DNA of 64,000 nucleotides. Source: a virus. The first letter of the stretch is position 1, and every line of letters begins with the position of its first letter. The stretch covers positions 40,615 through 104,614 of the IMG/VR virus record IMGVR_UViG_3300044837_000085; one strand, 5' to 3'. The notes under the pieces are model-generated. The model was given only the letters and a program-made list of their open reading frames with translations. It was not told where the DNA came from and did no database searches. Shown here in pieces: positions 57,962 through 64,000 of this stretch. The position numbers were made by a program, and so were the translations under genes.

Positions 57962-59962
57962 TTACTCGAAATACTTGGCGTTGGAAATATACGCAACCGC
58001 AGTTGAGCGACGCTTCGCCCAGTTGATGTAGCGCTCCGCGCGAATCGCGATTTGGTTTTGCTGGAACATGGAAACGAACGTCGTCGACGCGGTCGCCGGA
58101 GAGTCCGGAGCCGTTTCCATTTGCAGAGACGCTTCCTGGCTGGCGTCGATGGTAACATCGCCATCATCTGCAAGCAGGATGTCCGGAGCGCTCGCGAGGA
58201 TGATCGGGTAACCATCGGTCGGAGAACCACCAGTTGCGGGGATGTTTTCCGAAGTCACGACAGGAATGCCGAGCAACGTGCCGCCATTCATGTTGATATC
58301 CGGGAACTCTTTGTTGCCGAGCGAGTTCGTCATCAAAGAGATCGACAGCGCCGTCTGCTGTGTCATGAGGAACACAACACTCGTGACCTGCATGTTAGCA
58401 GCCAAGAACGCCGCCATCATGGTCTTCAGGTCGGCCCGCAGGGCAGCACCCGTGGTTCCGGTCGCAATCGTCGGGGTTACGCCGTTGGTGATCGACGCCG
58501 GGGAAACGCCGGCGGTCGCCGACTTCGTCGGATCGACGAACTGGGAGTCCATAAACTGGACCACCGCCGCAGCAAGATCGTTGCGGACGAGAAGTTCAGC
58601 CGAAGGATTCGACAGCCGCACCAATTCCTGGTTGAGCACGATGATGCCGGCGATCTTCGCCAGATCAAGCGTAACGGTGTCGAACAGCAACGAGCTGAGC
58701 GGCTTCGGAGCGCCCTGGCCGACCCAGTTGACCGATGATCCGCCGGTCTGACGTCCGATTTTCACGTTGAACGGAACGCGGGTGAGTCCGGGAATACGAC
58801 CGATGATCGTCAACGGACGCAAATAATTGATGAACTCCGACGTCAGGATCTGGTAGTTAACCAAGCCCGTGCCGCCCCAAGTCGATGCATCGCTGGCGCC
58901 CGGCGTAACCGCCGACTTAAGCATCAACTCGACTTCAGGAGTTTCTTCCTTCCACTGTTGGTTCGCCTTGGCGATCTCGACAGCCTGCATGATATTGCCT
59001 TTGGCTCGCGCCTGAGCAATCACGAAGCGGGTGAAACCGATGCCGGCCGGCAGATCCTTGTTGCGGATATGCACGACGCTGATGCCGCCACGAACGCGCG
59101 AAGCGTCCTCAACGGATTTCACTTCACCAACTGAAACGGCGGCAGCCTTATTGCTGGCTTCATGCTTGCGCAGACGAACCAGATGGTCGTCGATCGCCTG
59201 CACTTCAGCAGCGAGGCTATCGTACTTCTCGGTCTGATCGGCGTCCAAGGTCTCGCCCTTTTCGCCAGATACTTCCATGATCGAATCCATCTCCGCAGAC
59301 TTCGCGAGGCGAGTTGCCTCAAAGTCCGAGATCTGAACCGCAATTGTCTTCTTAGTCATAGTGTGTTTGCCCTCCTGGGCTTTGACTGGGATGTTGGATT
59401 TGGATTTCCCAGACGCGGGAGGGGTCGTCTTCTCGGTGACGCGCTCTTGAGGGCCTGTCGCGGCCGGAGCGTTCACGTCGAATTTCTTGATGACAGCAAA
59501 GTCGAGCGACTTACCTACACTCGTGATCAACGCGCTCGCATTCGCTGGAATCGAAACGGTGGACAACTCGAATATTTCGATTTCCTGAAAATCCAACCCG
59601 CCATCATCTTTGAATGCGTACTTGACCGGCCGGAATCCTATTGAGACCGCGCGAATTAAACCGGCCTGAACCTCTCCCCAAGCGGTATCCACTCGATCCT
59701 TAAGAGGTCCGGGTTGCTTGATGTTGGGTATCTCAGCCTGAAACTCGATGCCGTCTTTAGTCGGCTTCTTGAATTTTACGGTCCCTATTGGGCTGCTGGT
59801 ATCGTGCTGATGGAGCAAAACTAATGGATTCTTAAATGTAGCCCCGAGCGGATTAATGGTGTCGTTGACACGGTCAACGTCAGGCGTTGTTGCCCAACCT
59901 GAAAACGTGCGTTTACTCTCATCGAGGGTTTTGACCTCGATAAGCGAATAAGCTCGATTCAT
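57962..59962 (-). CDS. Prohead protease - major capsid protein fusion (HK97 fold)
   Basis: DRVND..LLHQH..PIG..VSIGF..ELSTVSIPAN protease; C-terminal HK97 capsid (WVGQG..K..GTLLGIPVV..IRAERYINW). Confidence 0.92.
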   Translation of the reverse strand: MNRAYSLIEVKTLDESKRTFSGWATTPDVDRVNDTINPLGATFKNPLVLLHQHDTSSPIGTVKFKKPTKDGIEFQAEIPNIKQPGPLKDRVDTAWGEVQAGLIRAVSIGFRPVKYAFKDDGGLDFQEIEIFELSTVSIPANASALITSVGKSLDFAVIKKFDVNAPAATGPQERVTEKTTPPASGKSKSNIPVKAQEGKHTMTKKTIAVQISDFEATRLAKSAEMDSIMEVSGEKGETLDADQTEKYDSLAAEVQAIDDHLVRLRKHEASNKAAAVSVGEVKSVEDASRVRGGISVVHIRNKDLPAGIGFTRFVIAQARAKGNIMQAVEIAKANQQWKEETPEVELMLKSAVTPGASDASTWGGTGLVNYQILTSEFINYLRPLTIIGRIPGLTRVPFNVKIGRQTGGSSVNWVGQGAPKPLSSLLFDTVTLDLAKIAGIIVLNQELVRLSNPSAELLVRNDLAAAVVQFMDSQFVDPTKSATAGVSPASITNGVTPTIATGTTGAALRADLKTMMAAFLAANMQVTSVVFLMTQQTALSISLMTNSLGNKEFPDINMNGGTLLGIPVVTSENIPATGGSPTDGYPIILASAPDILLADDGDVTIDASQEASLQMETAPDSPATASTTFVSMFQQNQIAIRAERYINWAKRRSTAVAYISNAKYFE

Positions 59963-59980
59963 GATTTGGATTCCGGTCAA

Positions 59981-60007
59981 TAAAAAACCCGCCGACTAGG
60001 GCGGGTT
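59981..60007 (-). terminator. Intrinsic terminator after the GIY-YIG gene
   Basis: Minus strand AACCCGCC CTAGTC GGCGGGTT TTTT. Confidence 0.75.
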
Positions 60008-60035
60008 GATTTGTGATAGTGTGTGTTCAGGATTT

Positions 60036-60946
60036 CTATGTTGCGGCAGCGGCTTTCCGGGCCGCTCTAGTCCGGGCACGAGCCGCTATAATCTCATCTC
60101 TTTTAGACGCCCACATCGCCTTACACGCTATCGCCAGCTTCGCCTTGTGTTCGTCTGAGTATTTTCGCCCCTTGAAGATTGCTCTCAGTTTTTCAACTGT
60201 GGCTGGACTTCTCTTTTTCCCGAGTTGACGCGCCGATATGGCCGCACCTATCCTCGCCTTTTTTGTTCCGCAGTTTTGGGTTTTATATTGTAAGGCTTGC
60301 GCTTTAGTCCGAGTTGGCCCGCTGCTTGCTTTGCTCTTCGTTCCTCTGAGTGTTTAATTCCCTTCAGGGCGACGGAAATCTTGGCCCGATATTCCGGAGA
60401 CCTATCTCGCCTATGGTCGCCACGTTCCCATGCGAGCTTCATCGCGGTCGAGACCGCTGCGCATTGATCTTGTGTACGAACAAAAGCCCTTCGACCAGCA
60501 AAGAACTTTTCAAGATGCACAGGGTCAGGTCGCCGTCCCTTTTGTGCTCTGGACAAAGCGGCCCTATGCTCTGCTGAGCGCGGACCCAACTTTAGACCAA
60601 CTTTTTTAGCAGCTATCTTCGCTCTGGTTTCTTCGGAATGAAGTCGGCCTAGAGTTGATCCGGCTGTTGGACAAATATTCAGTTCAGGATGGAGCACGTC
60701 TATCGCCTTTTGTTCAAAGAACAGAAGGTCGATCGTTCGGCAGCACAAAAGAACTCGAAATTCGAAATTGCTCTCGCCGTGCTTATTCCACGAATTCTGT
60801 AGTTTTCGGTTGTGATGCCAACCGTTCCTAAGTCTGGTCCAGTGCTGGCCGCGTCGCTTGGAGAGGAACTTGGCGCTTCCGACGTACCGCTTGCCATTAA
60901 CGAGATTGACGATCTCATAGATTCCAGTGTTTGCTGGATCAGCCAT
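60036..60946 (-). CDS. GIY-YIG homing endonuclease with NUMOD3 repeats, frameshifted near 60260
   Basis: GIYEIVNLVNGKRYVGSA; stop at 60248, but NUMOD3 repeats continue in another frame to 60036. Confidence 0.85.
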
Positions 60947-61026
60947 TGGAGCCTGCCTCATCAGGTTCGAGTGGTTAGAGCCGTCCGGGTGTTACAAGCA
61001 CCTTGGCGGCTCGCTTATTTATATCG
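60947..61026 (-). promoter_or_regulatory. Conserved structured leader upstream of GIY-YIG gene (copy 2)
   Basis: Matches 44762-44836. Confidence 0.75.
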
Positions 61027-61334
61027 TTTTCTTTCTACTTTGCAACTCGCCACAGCTTGTCTGCAATCGAGACATGCCGAAGAAACGAATTCAATTCCGC
61101 TTCAACACCCGTGCGCAGATACTGCATGTAGAACTTGGCCGCTTGCTCGCCGTGCCAGTCAGCAACTCGCTTCAGCATTTTTTGTCTGCTTTTGTAATTG
61201 AAAAGGCGCGGACGCGCGTCAGCCTTGTACGGCAATGAGTCCACTGAAACCGAGACAGGACCGCAGGCTGACTTTCTGGGAGCAACCGGCCCATCCGCTG
61301 GCCGACTGGGATTAAATGCCCGTCTCGGTTAGCT

Positions 61335-61682
61335 CTAGTATTCCCTAGTCCCACGCTTCACGGCTTCGGCGTGCGTTTTTTCAGTATGATGCGAGCCGCA
61401 AAGACACATTCCGTTGTCGACGTCGAGCGACTTGCTAGGATCATCACGACGTTCAACAATGTGATCTGCGAACATTCGATGCGCCGGACTCCTACGCTCG
61501 CAGCGCCGGCCGTCAATTATCTTTTCACAACGCCACCCTGCCCGTGTCATCACAGCAAGCCGCCACGCTTTATGCTCCGGGCTGTTGTAATAGCCATCGA
61601 CGACCTTATCCGGAAGCTTCAGTCTCCTTGTGTCGATCGGCTTGAGTTTGAAACCGAATGCTTTGAGGCGCGGAGGATTCAT
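61335..61682 (-). CDS. HNH endonuclease (terminase-associated gp74-like)
   Basis: YYNSPE..WR..CE..ADHIVE..NGMCLCGSHH..KT. Confidence 0.85.
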   Translation of the reverse strand: MNPPRLKAFGFKLKPIDTRRLKLPDKVVDGYYNSPEHKAWRLAVMTRAGWRCEKIIDGRRCERRSPAHRMFADHIVERRDDPSKSLDVDNGMCLCGSHHTEKTHAEAVKRGTREY

Positions 61683-61689
61683 CTAAGCC

Positions 61690-63366
61690 CTAAGCAAACA
61701 TGATGTCATACGTAGGTTTACGCTTCGGCTCCGGGTTCTTGGCCATCAAAGCGGCTGCGTCGAACAGTGCCATTAGTGGATCGATCTTGCCGTACCCAGA
61801 TGCGTCACGCTCGATGCGCTGTCCGGTGGCAGTTTGCTTAACGATCGCGTTGCTGGCACACCAGCTCATCAGAGACTGACCACCATGTTTGAACGATCCG
61901 TCAGCAAGCTTTCTCTCAATCGTTTGGAACGCGCCCATCAGTGCGACGCCCTGAAAGACGGAGCCCAACATTCCGTTCTCTTGCGTTACTCCTATGCCTG
62001 AGAGAGCATCAACCATTGCGCCAATTCCGGCAGCGTCCAGACCAACCTGCGCCAACTTTCCAGAGTCCAGACATTGCTTAATAATGTCGACCGCAGCGCT
62101 GAGATCATCGGGAAGCTGCTTGACCAGAGTCAAGTCACCTTCATTGATGAAGTCACTGTAGACTGACCAATTAGCTTTCCTGCGCTCCCATCCCTCCGGC
62201 GAGATGAACGCATGAGCCCAACCAAGCCAACACTGCGTGCCCTTCTCCCGACCGATAACTGCGATGCCCAAAAGATCGTCCAGGCCGCCCCCGTCACCGC
62301 CTGCGGTGATAACTTCGGATCGGCTGATGACTTCCCTGAGCGTCAATCCCTTTTCGATCCCGCGAGGCCATACTCGCGCGCCTGCCCATCCATCTCCGCG
62401 CTCGCCCTGCCCGATCTCGACATTGAAATGCTGACTCGCAAGTAGCGCGAGAGCGACAGGTCCGTTGGCTTCGGCCTTGATGAGTTGATCGACCAGGAAC
62501 GAACGATCGACCGATTTGTCCAAATTTGGATTGACCAGCGGCCAAGTGGCCTGATCTTTCCATCCACCATCCTTTGCGAGGTCTCGCGGCAACTCGTAAA
62601 TTATCGGCAGCAGCGGAAGCTTCATCTCTCCGTCGCGCACCGCTCTTGCGTTTTTCAGTTCCTCCTTGAACAGGCCGACAGGCGGGTCTTTCGACTGGGT
62701 CGATATCTGCAGCATGAAGCCGTCGATGCGCGCAGCGAGCGAGCCTCTGATCTCGACGAAGACCTGCTCAGCGCGCGACATCTGGGCGAAGACGTGGGTT
62801 TCATCAACGAGGATGAATGTCGCCTTCGAGCCCGTGATGACGTCCTTGTCGGCCGCCTTGATGATGATGACCGCCAGTGTCTGGCGATGGGTGATGGTCC
62901 GCTGGTGCGGCTGCGGATGGAAGAGAGCTGTCAGCTTGGGGTCGAGACGGATGATGCCCTCAGCCTGGGTAAACGCGATGTCGGCAATCTTCTTGGTCGG
63001 CGCGATCAGCAGGCACTCGGCAGCGGGCCGGCGGTTCATGATGGCCGCCGTGACCATGATGGCCGCGGCGATCGAACTCTTCCCGTTCTTCTTCGGGATG
63101 AGGATGAAGAACTCCCGGATCATCCGGCGCTTGATCGAGACGTCGTAGGATCCGAAGATCACCTTGACGATGTCGAAGACCCAGTCGTCGCAAATCTCGC
63201 CGTAAGTCGGGAACCCTTCGATGTCGGGGCACTTCAGCCGCTTGAAGATGCGCAGCGCCCGGTTGGCTTCCTCCTCGAAGACCTCGATGTTGTCCGGGAT
63301 CAGCGACAGCCGGTTGGTGATGCGCCTTTCCCAGTCGGGACAGGAGGTCGACCAGTCTCGAGCCAT
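61690..63366 (-). CDS. terL: Terminase large subunit
   Basis: Walker A IPKKNGKS, Walker B ILVDETH, C-terminal KIDPLMA. Confidence 0.95.
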   Translation of the reverse strand: MARDWSTSCPDWERRITNRLSLIPDNIEVFEEEANRALRIFKRLKCPDIEGFPTYGEICDDWVFDIVKVIFGSYDVSIKRRMIREFFILIPKKNGKSSIAAAIMVTAAIMNRRPAAECLLIAPTKKIADIAFTQAEGIIRLDPKLTALFHPQPHQRTITHRQTLAVIIIKAADKDVITGSKATFILVDETHVFAQMSRAEQVFVEIRGSLAARIDGFMLQISTQSKDPPVGLFKEELKNARAVRDGEMKLPLLPIIYELPRDLAKDGGWKDQATWPLVNPNLDKSVDRSFLVDQLIKAEANGPVALALLASQHFNVEIGQGERGDGWAGARVWPRGIEKGLTLREVISRSEVITAGGDGGGLDDLLGIAVIGREKGTQCWLGWAHAFISPEGWERRKANWSVYSDFINEGDLTLVKQLPDDLSAAVDIIKQCLDSGKLAQVGLDAAGIGAMVDALSGIGVTQENGMLGSVFQGVALMGAFQTIERKLADGSFKHGGQSLMSWCASNAIVKQTATGQRIERDASGYGKIDPLMALFDAAALMAKNPEPKRKPTYDIMFA

Positions 63367-63974
63367 CAGTTAAACCTGCCTGCCGGCGCCGCTAGATCGT
63401 CTCCCCAGTCATCGTCCCCGCCTGCTGCAACGCGCTCAGCCTCGGTTTTCTGTTCTTCCTTTTTACCGGGCGCAGCGTCTTGCAGCTTCTGGAGCGCGGA
63501 CGCCAATTGCGTGGAACTCTTGGTACGGGTTTCGTGATCGAGGGCCTTTTGCAATTTGAACCTGATTCGATCGTCCTTATCGCCGTTGAAGTGCCCCTCG
63601 ACGAGTTCCGACAGAATCTCGGCATGCTGGTTCAGGAACTCCAACTCCTCCTGGAGCGCCAAAATGATGTTTCGGCCGCGGGCCGTTAGTTCGGAGACGG
63701 ATACCGATGCGAGGGCCTTCGTGGCACCTTCGATACGTGTTGATCGAGGGTTGCGTTCCGGTTTGCATTCAGGTTCGATAGTCGGGGAACAGGCCACCAA
63801 CTTGACCCATTTGCCCTTCTTAGCGCGCTTTCGGAGGGCGGTATCAGACACACCAACATTCTTGGCTAAAGTCCTGTCTGATATAGATTTTGTCTCGTAA
63901 TCCTGCCGAACCAAATCCCAGTCGATAGAATTTCTTTCTCTAGTTTGCACTGGTTTGCACCTAACTAAATCCAA
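63366..63974 (-). CDS. terS: Terminase small subunit
   Basis: HTH IDW..DY..LAKNVGVSDTALRKRAKKGKW; ends GKKEE..DDWGDDL; directly upstream of terL. Confidence 0.8.
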   Translation of the reverse strand: MDLVRCKPVQTRERNSIDWDLVRQDYETKSISDRTLAKNVGVSDTALRKRAKKGKWVKLVACSPTIEPECKPERNPRSTRIEGATKALASVSVSELTARGRNIILALQEELEFLNQHAEILSELVEGHFNGDKDDRIRFKLQKALDHETRTKSSTQLASALQKLQDAAPGKKEEQKTEAERVAAGGDDDWGDDLAAPAGRFN

Positions 63975-64000
63975 TAGGGTGGAAAAAACCTCCGCATGAC

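Larger units (their letters stand above)
1..64000. mobile_element. Temperate siphovirus genome (partial, attP/unintegrated configuration)
   Basis: Repressor/Cro switch, integrase, terminase, HK97-type capsid, portal, tail tube, tape measure and endolysin all present; no host housekeeping genes. Confidence 0.95.

Noticed and set aside
37084-60946. Group I introns housing the three GIY-YIG genes
   Set aside because: Flanking genes look complete with their own starts and stops, and there is too little non-coding space for an intron core; the nucleases are free-standing

Overview
The whole window is most of one temperate, long-tailed (siphovirus-type) phage genome. The host is most plausibly an alphaproteobacterium, with Hyphomicrobiales/Bradyrhizobium-like gene content (inference). 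No host chromosomal genes are visible, and the att region after the integrase has phage genes on both sides, so this looks like the unintegrated (attP) form. Left to right: (1) a leftward Cro operon running off the left edge; (2) a divergent cro/cI switch with five GTRRCC-N5-GGHYAC operators; (3) a long rightward operon of small accessory genes with shared junction sequences, hit by a cargo-carrying IS1595 element (7693-9495) and a 392-bp non-autonomous cassette (11339-11730), both with 8-bp target duplications; (4) tRNA-Arg(TCT), two excisionase-like genes, a tyrosine integrase and attP; (5) more small genes and a tRNA-like ncRNA; (6) a ~45-kb leftward late operon containing terminase, protease-capsid fusion, portal, neck, tail (-1 frameshift chaperone, tape measure, GTA-type Dit/hub/tip) and lysis genes. 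The most striking feature is a ~12-kb block inside the head/neck module encoding about 8 glycosyltransferase-like proteins, 3 SAM methyltransferases and a sugar acetyltransferase, next to a Ser/Thr-rich 21-aa-repeat protein. This is a candidate virion glycosylation and glycan-tailoring system. Second is a conserved structured leader shared by two otherwise divergent free-standing GIY-YIG endonuclease genes. All family assignments come from motif recognition by eye, not from database searches.
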